A stretch of 64,000 bases of DNA from Takakia lepidozioides (Eukaryota > Plantae > Bryophyta). The notes beneath the pieces were generated by a model. It was not told where the DNA came from. It saw only the letters and a program-made list of their open reading frames with translations, and ran no database searches. Position numbers and translations under genes: made by a program. Position 1 is the stretch's first letter; the number at the start of each line of letters is the position of its first letter. The DNA is taken from assembly GCA_030704615.1 (NCBI GenBank), contig CM060731.1, forward strand, positions 89,342,001 to 89,406,000, in the 5' to 3' direction. Positions 26,092-39,715 of this stretch are shown here, piece by piece.

Positions 26092-26564
26092 TCGTATCTG
26101 TAAGTGACAGATACGAGTTAGTTGTAGTATTTGTGGTTTTTGCTTGAGAATGAGAGAAACCAGGTTGTTATGCAAGGAGCACCGTGGAGCTCTTGGTTGT
26201 TAGAAGCGGAGGCGATGTGGGTTACGAGGTAGTAGACCTTGGCATCCGATCTTCAACTTCAGAGATGAAAGCACCATGCTGCAGTGCACTTTGTGGAGTA
26301 TGTTTAGATTGGGTTTCAATCTCGAGCTTCAACATTGAGAGGGCTCTTGTCATGGCAAGAGCAATGCTGGAACAGGAGCTAAGAGATGCGGCAAGGCCAT
26401 GGAATGTGCACCTAGGGTTTTAGAGCTTGGAAGAAGAGCTCTTGCACCACAAGAGGAGTGTCTTGTGGCTGGAAATGTAAGCCTTAGGGTTTCAGGAGCT
26501 TGGCAAGGGCTGTGGAGTGCTTAGTCTTGTCTTAGAGAGCATCAAGGAGCTAAGGAGCCAAGAT

Positions 26565-27080
26565 AGGGGGCTGATACCTCTTGTGTGAAGAGGTTGCATG
26601 TGTGGAGCATGTATTCAGCTCATTGAAGCTTCCATCTTCAAGCTTGGAGGGCAAGCAAGGAAGAGGGAAGGGCTGACTTCCCTTATGTGAGAGCAATGCA
26701 TGTGTGGAGCATGCTTTCAGCCTGATGAAGGCTTGTACTTTCAGGTTTGGGAGTGCAAGAAAGGAAGGAAGGGGCTGGTTTCCCTGTAGGGCATGTGTGG
26801 AGCATGCTTCCAGCCTGCTGAAGCGTGTATTTTCAGATTGGTGGGTGCAAGAAAGAAAGCAAAGGGGCTGATTCTCTGGTGGTGAGAGTGGGGCATGTGT
26901 GGAGCATGCCTTCAGTCCATTGGGCTTTTGTTTTCAAGCTTTAGAGAACTAGAAGAGAAGGTAAGGGGCTGATCTGCTCTTATGTGACAGTCCGACACTT
27001 GTAGAGCGTGTTCTTAGTTGGGGTTTCAACCTCAAGCCTAGATAGAGCATGGCTCTTGAAGTGGCAGATGTAGGGGGCTG
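26565..27080. repeat. Degenerate ~100-bp tandem repeat (about 5 copies) in the retroelement leader
   Basis: Recurrent GGGGCTGA...GCATGTGTGGAGCATG. Confidence 0.75.
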
Positions 27081-27421
27081 GAATAGGCTCTAAAACATAT
27101 GCTATGGCCAAGGAAAACGCTTGAATGAGTGTTCACAAGGGCTGGAAACCAGCAAGGCTTGGTTGTTTGCCATTGAGTTTAGTGGCGTGTGTGGGGAGTC
27201 TAAGTGAGAAAGAAGGCTTGGTTTGTGGCAACCATCTTCCTCATGGCTTAGGGCTACTGTTGGTGGTGTGTGGGAGCCAAAAGAGCAAGAATACCTTGCT
27301 GATTTCTTCACAGCCGCCATAGCTCGGTGCAAAGAAGCTTAGAGTCCAAGAGACACAAACCCTAGCTTGGCGTGGCTAAACCCCTTGGAGAAATGGCTAA
27401 ACTGCCATGAGTGGCCATGGA

Positions 27422-28201
27422 TGGGGCTGTGAGGGGCTGTGAGGGGCTGTGACAGGCTGTTCCCTGTGGCCCGTGGGGTTGTGACGGGCTGTGACACGCT
27501 GTGACGGGCTGTGAGGGGCTGTGGCGGGCTGTGACAGGCTGTGCCATGTGGCCTGTGGGGCTGTGAGGGGCTGTGCCCAGTGGCCTGTGGGGCTGTGACG
27601 GGCTGTGAGGAGCTGTGATAGGTTGTGCCCTGTGGCCTGTGGGGTTATGACGGGCTATGAGGGCTGTGACAGGCTGTGCCCGGTGGCCTGTGGGGCTGTG
27701 AGGGGCTGTGACAGGCTGTGGCGAGCTATGATCGGCTGTGAGGGGCTGTGACAGGCTGTGGCGGGCTGTGACAGGCTGTGCCCTGTGGCCTGTGGGGCTG
27801 TGACGGGCTATGAGGGGCTGTGACAGGCTGTGCCCTATGGCCTATGGGGCTGTGATGGGCTGTGACAAGCTGTGCCCTATGGCCTGTGGGGCTGTGACAG
27901 GCTGTGACAGGCTGTGCCCTGTGGCCTATGGGGTTGTGAGGGGCTGTGATAGGCTGTGGCCTTTGGGGGTGACCCCTGTGACGTGTGTAGGGCTGTGACA
28001 GGTTGTGCCCTATGGCCTGTGGGGCTGTGACGGGCTGTGAGGGGCTGTGCCCTGTGGCCTATGGGGCTGTGAGGGGCTGTGACAGGCTGTGGTCTTTGGG
28101 GCTGTGACCCTGTGACCTTTGTAGGGCTGTGACAGGCTGTGCCTGTGGCCTTTGGGGTTGTGATGGGCTGTGACAGGCTGTGGCCTGTGTGGGGCTGTGA
28201 C
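27422..28201. repeat. GGGCTGTGA(C/G)-type minisatellite in the retroelement leader
   Basis: 10-11-bp units repeated over ~780 bp. Confidence 0.92.
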
Positions 28202-29406
28202 CAGTGAGCTGTGTGGGCCTGTGCTGGTCTGTGGTGGCCCGTGTTGACTTGTGGACGGCCTGTGCTAACTCGTGGAGGCACTGGTGGACTGCCTAAAGAG
28301 TGGCATGTGGTCTTGAAGGCCGAATTTTGAAGCTCGTGGAGGGCGGTTTGAGGAGTATCTTCATGATATTCCCATGGTTATGCAAGTGAGGGAAGAGAGG
28401 AGAGGAAGAGTGCTGGGGTTAGGCATTGCTTTAGCTTCTCTTCCTCGTAGTTTCCACCCTCTCATTAGGCCAAGACCTTTCCGTAGGTGGAGGCAAGAGT
28501 CAGTCCGGGTTTGGGCTGGGGTGTCCTTGCAGGAGCAACACCGTGGAGTTGTTTTTGGTGTGGGGGAGTTGTCGTTCTGATTTCTTGTGTTTGAATCCCC
28601 TCCATACCTGCATGCTTGACTTTGCGCCATGCTAGTTTTGTGTGGGCGCTTGTTTTTATAGGTGATTGGTCCGGATTTGATGACCGGCCAGTCCTAGAGC
28701 ATGCTGTCGATGGTGAGGCTGGGGTGATGACCGGCCAACCATAGGAGTGTTTGCGGTGGATGCAGGTACAGGTGTAGGCTATGTTAGGAATTTAGTATTC
28801 CCAACCATAAGCCGCAACAGGTTCTCTACCCGGTTACCTTGTGGAGAGGGGGTTAGGGACATGTTCATGACCGGTTGAGTGTCAACATGGAGGTGCCACT
28901 AGTTGCTGGGGACAGTGCCGGTTCGAGCACTAGCGATACTAGTGGGTACACTAGACGAGGTGTGCGGTTTAGGCCACCTTCATCTCCTATGTCTTCTACG
29001 GAAGGTTCTGATTCAGATTCTGAATCAGGAGGACTCATACCGGCGGTGCAAGTTGTTTCCTTGCCATTGTTGTGGGACACAATGGAGGAGATGTATGGAG
29101 CTACCAAGGGGCCACGAAGGTACTCTGGGGCGGTGGGCACCATCGAGTTGGATGATTTTATCCAAGAGTTTGATAGTTGGTGTGATTTGCAGCAAATGCG
29201 CAATCCACAACTATTTACGCCTTTCATGGCATGGAAGGGGCTGTTTCAGCACCTTGAGGGCCGCCTATGGATGATTACCATGAGTTCAGGTGGGGGCATG
29301 AGGTTGAGATCGAGGAGTGGAGGATGTATTGGTCACCCGACTATGTCTCCATCACTAGGGGCACTAGAGCCACGAGGGCAGTGGCTACACCTGCCGCTGC
29401 ACCGGC

Positions 29407-32400
29407 TGTCGCGCACCTCACTTCGGTAAACTCCCCTTCAAGTCATAGTTACTCGCTTTGATGCGCGCGCCTGACTCCCAACCTGGCCGCCGGGCCAACT
29501 TGGAGCTTCGGCTGCTCACCGGGACATAACGGTCCCCCCTTCGCTTCCCTCTAAAACCCTCCACCTAATTGGGACTAGGAGAATTCCCTTTGGTAGATGG
29601 CAGTCCGGAACAGCTCCCCACTCTTTGGTCGCTTTCCGGCTCGCTCGCTTACTCACTAGTTTTTGGTCACCAACGGGCTTGCACCGTTCTCGGGGTTACT
29701 ACTCCCTATATATACTTCTGTAGCTGTCCGCGGGGGTTTCACAACCAGCCATGCCATTTTATGGCGAACCACCACGAAGACCCTCGATTCCCGGTGGTGA
29801 GTCGCGGTGAGTCTTGGCCCACTCACCACGGCCCCTATGGACCGTGATGAGTCCCAAGACTCCCCACGACTCCCACCACGAGGTCTCCACCCCCATGGTG
29901 AGTCCTATGCCACCCCCACTAAGTCCCACTAAGCTACCACCACCCCTTGTGGAGCCACCCCCACCGCAACCCGGTGTGCGGGGCTCCACCTAGTGAGCGC
30001 CTCCGCCTCCTTGAGTGCCTTGGGCACTCAAGGGTGCTTCAGCCCCCGTACCTATTGCTGCTACTGCCCCCACCACAGGGGCAGCCCCTCATGTGTCCCG
30101 ACCCCCTGCCCTCAAGGCAAAGGGCCGCGACACACCCCCTACCAACAGGGAGTCGATGTCCTCATCGACTTGTCCATTTTGTAGAAACGAACATCCAAGT
30201 TGTGGCGTCCCACATCAAGGAGTTTGTTTCCGTACCATGGCGTCCCATGGCAAAGAACCAAACCCCACACTTGACTCTACTCTCCACTAGCTAGTTCGGC
30301 CGACTTCCTCCAAGTCCCGGCCAAGGGTGGAGCCTCTCCAACTCCTCCCAGTGCACTCTTCTTGGCCTACTTCAAGGCCAAGGAACGATCCTCCCCGAGG
30401 ATCGAATCGCCTTACTGCAACAACATTGCTTGCGATCGCTCATGATGCCGCTTTTGGCATCACCTTGAGCAAGGGTTCACCTGGAACCCTCTTTGACTAG
30501 GAAGATAACCTTGAACCAACCGTGCGCCCCAATCACTACAATTGGGTCCGCCTTGGAATGCTGGCCTGAGGTACGGGAACACGCCGAAGCCGCACTACGA
30601 CTTCGTCCCGAGGTATAGTACGTGAACGGAAGCACGTAGCTTCCGCGTTAGCCCGCACTACAAGGCAACCCCCTCGGTAGCGCAGTTATAGTACGCGCAC
30701 GCGCCAGGTGCGCACTAGCACGTGAACTCCCAAAGAAGGCGCAAGTTTCCTTGCCCCTTGGATGGGAGTCACCCGATTTCGGCACTGCGCAAACACACGA
30801 TTAACCCAATTTACCTCTCCCACTTTTGTAAGCTAGCATGCATTCTACACACTAGCCAACCACACCATGCATCACCATTCCAAACAAAATAGGACGCACA
30901 ACATTTGGAACCCATTTCCTTTATAACAAATTTTTGTACAATACAAGTTTTTGCAATCGGATTCCTAAGCTAGCTAAGCCGGGCTAAGCATGCATTTCCT
31001 CCCCCACGCTCCAAGGTTGATGTCCCCATCAACGCTTCTTCCGCTTTTGAGGTCGCCCTTCGAAAGCTGCAACCGCCTCGGATGCGTTTCCCATTTCTGA
31101 GGCACGCACCCAAGATGCCTCCACATGATGATAGCCCTTCCATTTGACGAGATACTCCGTTTCTCGGTTCTTGAACCTCCTCGACTTAAGTATTGCCTCC
31201 ACCTCGTACTCAGGTTCATTTTCATGATCCAACAGCATAGGTGGCGGACGCAACACTTGATGCCGATTCGGACGCGCTTCATCTTTGAAGTAAGGCTTCA
31301 AAAGGGAGACATGGAATACTGGGTGCACCTTGCTGTTTGCCGGCAGCTCCAATTCATACACATCCTCATTCATAACCTTCCGAATGCGAAAGGGTCCCGC
31401 ATACGGAGGTACGAACTTCGGACTCACTTCCGGAGGTAGTCGGAAATTCTTGATGTTCAACCAGACCTCCGTGCCTGCCTCAAACTTCACTTCCCTCCGC
31501 TTCCGATTCGCCTGCCTTTCATACCGTTTCCTAGCTTTGGCAATGTTGTACTTTGCGAGCTTCAACAAACGCTCGCGTTCTTCCAGTACCGCCGCTACTG
31601 CCGGTTCCTCAACGTCCTGGGCGGCCCAACTTGTCGGCACCAGAGGTGCTTTTCCATAGACCAATACGAAAGGGGAAACTCCCGTTGCGGAGTGTTCTGT
31701 GTTATTATAACAGAACTCTGCCGCGTCTAAGTGTTCCATCCAGTCTGATTGGTCTGCCGACACGTAATTCCGCAAGAATTGCTTCACTACGGAATTCACT
31801 CTTTCCGTTTGGCCGTCCGTCGTAGGTCGGAAGGCGGTGCTCATCTTCAGCCTCGTCCCCATCTTCTTCCAAAGTGCTCTCCAGAATTTACTCGTAAACT
31901 TTGGATCGCGGTCCGAGACAATATCCTTCGGGACTCCATGATGCTTTAAGACGTGGGCGAAGTAAAGTCGCCCTGTCTCCTGCGCCGTTGCCGTCTCCTT
32001 GGTGGGGATGAAATGGCCCATTTTACTGAACCTATCCACCACCACCATGATTGCATCGAATCCTTTTGACAGCGGCATAGCAGTCATGAAATCCATCGAG
32101 ACGCTTTCCCAAGTCCCCTCTGGAATCGGCAAGGGTTGTAACAGCCCCGCTTGCTTTTTGTACTCGCTCCGGTTTTGTTGGCATGTGGTGCATGTCTTGA
32201 CATACTCCTCTGCCTCCTCCCTCAGTTTGGGCCAGAAATACTCTTTCTTCAAGAGTGCCGCAGTGCGCTTGGCTCCGCCGTGGCCCGCAAGCGGGCTATC
32301 ATGGCATTCTCTCAAGAGACTATCCTGATCCCTCCCTTCGGCACGTAGAGACGCTTTTGCTTATACCGGAGCAGTCCATTTTGCAAGTGGAACTGCGATT

Positions 32401-35400
32401 TAACCCCCATCCTCAAGTCCTGCATCACGGACTTCGCCAGCTCATCCTTCCGGCAAGCCTTCCGGATCTTCCTTTGGAGCGCCGTCTCGCCCTTGTACAC
32501 CAACAAGAGCTGCTGCTTTCTACTTAAAGCATCGGCCACCACATTGTCCCGTCCCGGTTTGTACTGGATATCCACGTCGAACACCGCCAAAGTATCTTGC
32601 CACCTAAGTTGTTTTGGGGACAACTTGGGCTGCGTGGCAAAATACTTCACCGTGACATTGTCCGTGAACACCTTCACTGGGTTGGAACCAACATAGTGGC
32701 GCCAGAGCTCAAGGCAATGCACCACCGCCTTCATCTCTTTTTCGTGCGTCGGCCACCGTCGCTCCACTTCATTCAGTTTCTTACTTTCGTAAGCCACTGG
32801 ACGTCCATCTTGCATAAGTACACCCCCAATCGCGAAGTCCGATGCATCTGTATGAATCTCAAACGGACGATCGAACTCCGGGATTTTCAAGACTGGAGCT
32901 TCCGCCATCCGCTGCTTCAATTCAGCAAAAGCTTGGCCACAAAATGTGTTCCATACCCAGACTTTGGATTTACACAGAAGGTCCGACAGCGGCCCCGCGA
33001 TCTTGGCGAAATTTCTCACATACTTCCGGTAATAGGAGGCGAGTCCTAGGAAGGATCGCACTCCCGGGACCGAAGTCGGAGGCTCCCAGTCCAAGATCGC
33101 CCTCACCTTTCTGTCATCCATTTTGATCCCATCCTGTGTAATCACATGCCCCAAGAACTCCACTTTGTGACCCCGAATTCGCACTTTGAAGCTTTGGCAT
33201 ACAGCTTCCCTTCCCGCAATTTTGGAACACCCTTTTGAGGTGCTCCAGGTGCTCCTCCTTTGTTTTCGAGTACACCAAGATGTCGTCGATGTACACGATC
33301 ACAAAGTCATCCAACCACTCCTGGAAAAGGCTGTTCATCAGCGTGCTAAATGTCGCTGGTGCATTGGTGAGCCCAAAAGGCATCACCAAGAACTCATATG
33401 AACCATACCTTGTCCTGCACGCGGTCTTCTCCTCATCTCCTTCCGCCACCCGAATTTGGTGATAGCCGGAGCGCAAGTCGATCCGGCTGAAATACTTCGC
33501 TCCTGCCAACCGATCGAAGAGGTCGTCGATCCTTGGCAAAGGGTACCGGTTTTTTATAGTCACCTTATTCAGAGCCCTGTAATCGACACACATCCGCAGC
33601 GTCCCATCCTTCTTGTCTGCAAATAGCACCGGGGCTCCGTAAGGTGACTTACTCGGCCGGATGTACCCCTTTGACATTAGATCCTTGAGCTGAGTCTTCA
33701 GCTCGACCAACTCTCTGTGGCTCAACCGGTAGGGCGCCTTGGCAGGCGGTTCCGATCCCGGTATCACCTCAATCTTGTGGTCAACTCCTCTTCGCGGTGG
33801 CAAGCCGCTTGGTAAATCCTCCGGCATCACATCCTGGTATTTCTCCAAAATCCCCTTGATCCAATCTGGGCTCGGCTCCCCATCGCCTTCTCCCTTCACT
33901 TCTCTAATGTAAAGCAAAAACTGGGGCTCGTGTGCCTCCTCCACGGCCCACTCCCTTGCTGACAGAAGGTTTATTCGCCCTCCCACGGATTTGGGCGTTT
34001 CCGACACTCGTAAGACCTCGCCACCATTCCCACATGGCAGCGTGACTACTCTCTTGCGGCCATCTATGACCGCTCCGGATTTGCTCAAAAAGGTCATCCC
34101 AAAATGAGATCCACTCCATCGATCTCGCAGATGGTGAAGTTCTCACGTCCCTCCCAACTCCCCAGTTGAAGAGGAACATCAATCGCCAACCTTGTCGCCA
34201 ACTGTGGTTCTCCTTTGGCAGAACGCACCTCAATAGAGGCCCCCACGTCACTTGTCGGGAGTCCCAGCTTTTGTGCCGTTGCCGGTGTCATGAAGGAGTG
34301 CGACGCTCCTGTGTCCACCAACAACGACACGTTAGTTCCGGATATTATCCCATCCACGAACAATAACTGACTCCCTTTTCGTAAGGCGCCAGTTTCCTGA
34401 TACAACTCACAAGAAAATTTGCCTACCTTGCAAGTCCTGGCGACCACCGCTTCCACCAAGCGACTGATGGTATCTTCCGACAGCTCCGTGGTCGCCCGAG
34501 TCATGTTCAATTGCCGGGGCTTCGTGCACTTCTTGGCCATGTGCCGGGCTCCCCGCAATTGAAACACACTCCATCAAAGGTCGCCTTCTGTCCGCCATAA
34601 GCCGCTCCACCCGCTTTTCCTTTCGGAGCACCGGGTGCCGCCTTGACGTGTGAAGGCCCTCCCTTCGATTTCCACGTGCCATTTTCGCCGCGTGGCCTAT
34701 CCCACTTCTTTTCCGGTCGGAAGGAGTCACCTTCCCGCCGAATCTTCTTGTGGTTCAGCTCCGTACGGCCTTGTCTTTCACCCCTAGGGACATCCGAGAA
34801 ACATTCAGCCCTCTCAATTGCCTCGTTCAAAGTCTTGGGTGGCTTCTCCTCCAACTTCCGCCTGGCCCATGGGGCCAGTCCCGCCACAAAGTTGAAGACC
34901 ATTTCTGGTTCTGCCATGTCCGCGACTTCGAGCAACAGCACATTGAAAGCCTGGACATACCCCCGAATGTCATCTGTTTGCTTCAAATTCCTCATCTTGT
35001 CCCGGGCAAGCCAGGACGCGTTGAGGGGCACAAACTGTCTCTTCAATCAATTCCTTGAACCCACTCCAGTTCAAGGTTTCCGGACTTGGACCTCGGTCGT
35101 GAAGGCGTTTCTGCCACCATTGTTGAGCATAGCCCCTCAAATAGGTGGGAGCCACTTCCACCCGATCCTCGTCACTCAACTTGGCCGCCCGGAAGTACTG
35201 CTCTAGCTCCAAGAGCCAGGTGTTGAGTGCCTTCCGATTTCGGACGCCCTCGAAGGTGCCGGGTTCCTTAGGCTTCACCTTAAACTTTGCCTTAGTGGAA
35301 GTGGCATTAGCCGCCTTCAACACGTCTTTCAACGTCCCGCCAAACTGCGCCAACAACCCTTCCCAAAAGGCTGCCGGCATGGGAGGCATCTCTTGGTTTG

Positions 35401-36365
35401 TCGGAGCTCTCAAGGATTCCTCGGGCTCCGACTCCTCGGATTCCTCCCGCTCTTGGGCGGCCTCGTTTTCGGAAACATGCATCGCTTCCTCAAACGGCCG
35501 CCTCGGGTGACACGCCGCCCCCATCGGGCTCACCGGGATCATCATCTTTTGGGCCGTTCCGCTTTCGCTTCGGCTTGCCCGACCCCATGATGAGGCCAAT
35601 CCCAAGGACGATCGCGTACTGAACTCTAAGCTCTGATACCAAGTGTCGCGCACCTCACTTCGGTAAACTCCCCTTCAAGTCATAGTTACTCGCTTTGATG
35701 CGCGCGCCTGACTCCCAACCTGGCCGCCGGGCCAACTTGGAGCTTCGGCTGCTCACCGGGACATAACGGTCCCCCCTTCGCTTCCCTCTAAAACCCTCCT
35801 AATTGGGACTAGGAGAATTCCCTTTGGTAGATGGCAGTCCGGAACAGCTCCCCACTCTTTGGTCGCTTTCCGGCTCGCTCGCTTACTCACTAGTTTTTGG
35901 TCACCAACGGGCTTGCACCGTTCCGGGGTTACTACTCCCTATATATACTTTTGTAGCTGTCCGCGGGGGTTTCACAACCAGCCATGCCATTTTATGGCGA
36001 ACCACCACGAAGACCCTCGATTCCCGGTGGTGAGTCGCGGTGAGTCTTGGCCCGCTCACCACAGCCCCTATGGACCGTGATGAGTCCCAAGACTCCCCAC
36101 GACTCCCACCACGAGGTCTCCACCCCATGGTGAGTCCTATGCCACCCCCACTAAGTCCCACTAAGCTACCACCACCCCTTGTGGAGCCACCCCCACCGCA
36201 ACCCGGTGTGCGGGGCTCCACCTAGTGAGCGCCTCCGCCTCCTTGAGTGCCTTGGGCACTCAAGGGTGCTTCAGCCCCCGTACCTATCACTGCTACTGCC
36301 CCCACCACAGGGGCAGCCCCTCTTGTGTCCCGACCTCCCTGCCCTCAAGGCAAAGGGCCGCGACA
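29407..36365 (-). mobile_element. Ty3/Gypsy chromovirus, copy 2 (same family as copy 1)
   Basis: LTRs 29407-30132 and 35644-36365; TSD CCGGC/ACGGC; PBS-Met at 35630-35641. Confidence 0.95.
31029..35588 (-). pseudogene. gag-pol-chromodomain of chromovirus copy 2
   Basis: Same domains as copy 1 (LVDTGAS, YIDD, chromodomain). Breaks seen are 1-nt indels, several in homopolymers. Confidence 0.92.
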
Positions 36366-37915
36366 ACGGCAGCTTCAGCAAGTAGCAGTGGGACAGTGGG
36401 ACTAGTGGTATAGTAGCTACGACGTCCACCAGCCACTACCGCACCAGCACTAGTACCCGTGCCTGCCTTCAACACTGTTGTGGAGTTCTTCGAAGAGTGA
36501 GAGGGAACTACCAAGGGGTGAGGACAAAGAAGTTGCGGAGCTTGCAAGAGTTCCAACGGAAGCCAACCGAGAGCTTGAGGGAGGCTTTCACTCGCATGAG
36601 GCGCTTGATAAATATAACTCAAGGGGTTACGGAAGCTCAGGTAGTCCAATTCTGGTATGGGATATTGGACAAGGAGCTGAGGAGAAGGGTGCGGGATGCA
36701 ACTCTCCTACAAGCGGCCCAACCCACCTTAGCAAATGTGTTTTTGCTGGCAGAGCGGATAGAGCTCAACATGGTGGAGGAACGAGTGGTCATGGTGGGAT
36801 CTGCTAAGGAGACACCACGGGGTAGTGGTGCTCCTAGCCAACCACTACCTCAACGTGCTCAAGGCAACAAGAGGGCTCAGGTGAAGCTCAGGGAAGGGCA
36901 GAGAAGACCTCAGATGCAGGGGTCTCTCCCTTCATTTGCTGGCCAACAACGGGCGGATGTGGTGTGCTGGACATGTGGAGGACCCCACGTCAAGAAGGAT
37001 TGCCCAGAGGGAGGCAAAGGGCCGGCACATGCACAGCCTACATAGTTGCAGTGTGGGCATTGTGGCAAGCACGGGCATGGAGAGGCCCAGTGTTATGGTT
37101 TGCATCCTGAGTTGCACCCAGGCCAGTTCCAAGAGAACAATGGTGGCCGGGGGCAAGGTGGAGTAGCCCAGAGAGGACGAGGTGGCCAGTCACGAGGTGC
37201 AGGCCAAGGGCAAGCTCAACATGGCCAAGGACGGGGAGGTCAGGGTGTTGACCAAGGCATGGCCAACCGGCTTCAACATCTAGAGCAGAGGCTCGCTGCC
37301 ATGGCTACAGCTCAGGTGGTACCGGCTCTAAGGCCGGATGGTCCACCTCCTGCTCCTGAGGGAGGAGATATGGGAGGCATGGGATTCATGTGTGGAGCAG
37401 CACTACCATTAGTGTAGGTGGAGTCTGTTGCAGTCATGACTCGAGGAGCAGCACGAGTTCCTGAGCCACGAGGTGCAGAGGTGGAGTTGGATCCACAGCG
37501 TGGGGAGGCAAGCCGTTAGGCTAGGCTTCCTCAGTCATTCACATTGGCAAAGATAGTGTCGACGCCATCCATGGCACCTAGTTCTCGCCCGACTATTACC
37601 GAGGCGGAGGTTACTATGCCATTGGGGAGAGCTACACGGGTAGCACCACTACCTAGTGTTGCCAAGGCTATGGCAGCTAGTGTGCTGCTAGGAACGGCCA
37701 CATCTGTGTGCCAGGCTCCATTGTTCTCGGCTACCATGATTGCGACGCCGGGGGTAAGACCAGCTGAGGTGTTCAGGCTGGCAGCTACACTCTATGAGAG
37801 TGAGGAGGTTACTTCATCTTCTGCGGAGATAGTGGGAGGTGTAGTGCCGGAGGGATCCTCGGATTTGAGGGTCAAGACTGCCATGGCGGCGCCATAACAA
37901 GCTGCAGCTGCCAGG

Positions 37916-38329
37916 TTGATGGAGCTGCCAGCTAGGCCAGCCATTGAGCGCGCCATGGTGACACCTGGAGTTGTCATGTTAGACAACCAGGATGACATTT
38001 TCTGTTTGAGTGGATCGGCAAAAAAGAGGTACCGGCCCATGCGGGTCTTGTTGGACTCGGGAGCTCAGCCATTGATGCTGGGCAGAGCTGCTATTGCAGG
38101 CTTGGGCCTCACGAAGGCGGATATGGAGCCTTGTCCTTTCCAGATACATACATCTCTGGGAGGATCGGAGCAGGCTCGGGGCATGACAGGACATGAGTTA
38201 GCTATCAGACTACGGCCGGATCATCCTATTGATGGCTCAGTGATGCGAGCCAAGGCCATTGTGACAGACGCGGTCTCGTACGATGTCCTGGTTGGTGGGG
38301 CAGTGTTGTACCCATGGGCTTCACCCTAG
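37916..38329 (+). pseudogene. Retropepsin (aspartic protease) domain
   Basis: RVLLDSGAQPLML...YDVLVGG. Confidence 0.8.
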
Positions 38330-38764
38330 ATTTTTGGGAGGAGTCAGCTTCCTATAGGCCTGGATGGCAGTCAGGGGAGGGCCGGCGTGTGCAGCTCCCT
38401 GTGACGTTCATAGGAGGAGTTGCGGTTGCCCAACGAGGCAAGATGCCGACACTAGCAGCATTCACAGCGGCAGTGAATTGGCCTAGAGAGTTGCTTGAAG
38501 GCAACGCTCATTCAGAGGATGTGCCACCTCTGGGAGAGCAGGAGGACATGTATGGTATGGCGGAGTTGCCTACCATGGTTGCTCAGACTCCATTGTGGGG
38601 CACGAGCAAGGATTTGCAGCGGGATGCTGATCGACGGGTGCAACAAGCCTGGGTGGAGGCTTTTGTACCGTCAGGAGAGGAGAGAGTGCGGGGATTGCAC
38701 CAGGACCACCTCAGTTGTCTCCATTGGACACCACACCTATTGTGTGGCAGTATCCGGATGAAGG

Positions 38765-39715
38765 CATTTGTCTTCTGGACTTGTTTGGCGGGATCAGCAC
38801 CGGATTGGCTGCTGTGTTACAGACAGGTGTACGAGTTCGGCGTTACCTGTATGTGGAGAGGGATGAGACTGCACGACGCGTTTCACTTTGCCATGTTGCT
38901 CAGTTGGTGCAGCGGTATCCTGAGTTGTTGTCGGTATCTGCAATTCGTGGATATCAGTAGGCCTTGCCAGCAGACATTTCGTTGCTGGGGGCGCAGGATT
39001 TGGAGCCGGTTGGCTTCATTGATCTGGTAGTGGCAGGTTGGCCCTGCCAAGGGCATTCATCAGCCGGGCATGGCAATGGATTGCGAGACTCGAGGTGGGG
39101 TCTGTTTTGGGAGATGGTGCGGGTTTTGCGCCACTTGCAGCTTCATCAAGCTGTATCTCCAACATACATCTTGGAGAATGTGCCACTGATGGGCGATTCT
39201 CGGGCCAGGGTGATGGCCAGTGTGCATCAAGTCCGGTCGTGGCTTGGGTCAGCAGGTTGCTAGATGCAGCTACAGTGGGGTCACGGGCTCATCGTCCACG
39301 GCTATGGTGGACTAACTTGATGCCACCTGCACTGCTCAAGCGTGCATTTGATGGGGTGCAGCGGCCAGCACATCTCACAGTGGATAGCATTCTGGACACA
39401 AGGAGGCAGTCTCAGCGTGTGAGACATGATGACCGTTCGCCTTTGGCAGTGGTCAACAAGGTGGGTCAACCACGAGCAGCATTACCCACTGCTCAGCTTC
39501 CAGGATCGCATGCTTTCCAGGATAGTGGACGTGGCCTCCTGTGGGATGCTCAGTTGCAGCAGTTAATGGAGCCTAATGCTGACGAGCGTGAGCGGGCAAT
39601 GGGTTTTACCACTGGTACCACGGCGGTGTTGTCTCTTTCTGAGGCATCACGTCGTCAAGTGTTGGGGCAAGCAATGGATCTCAATTGCTTGACCTGGATT
39701 ATCAGCTTGGCTATG
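38765..39715 (+). pseudogene. C5 cytosine DNA methyltransferase domain (DNMT3/DRM-like motifs) within pol
   Basis: Motifs I LDLFGGIS, II YVERD, III ADIS, IV GWPCQ, VI ENV, VIII HRPRLWW, IX ERERAMGF, X LGQAMDL. TAG stop at 38958-38960 plus frameshifts. Confidence 0.92.

Larger units (their letters stand above)
28887..37417 (+). pseudogene. gag of the DNMT-Gypsy element (28887-29406 + 36371-37417), interrupted by chromovirus copy 2
   Basis: ELDDFIQEFDSWCD...; FQRKPTESLREAFTRM; two knuckles CWTCGGPHVKKDC and CGHCGKHGHGEAQC; Gly-rich tail. Confidence 0.8.
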
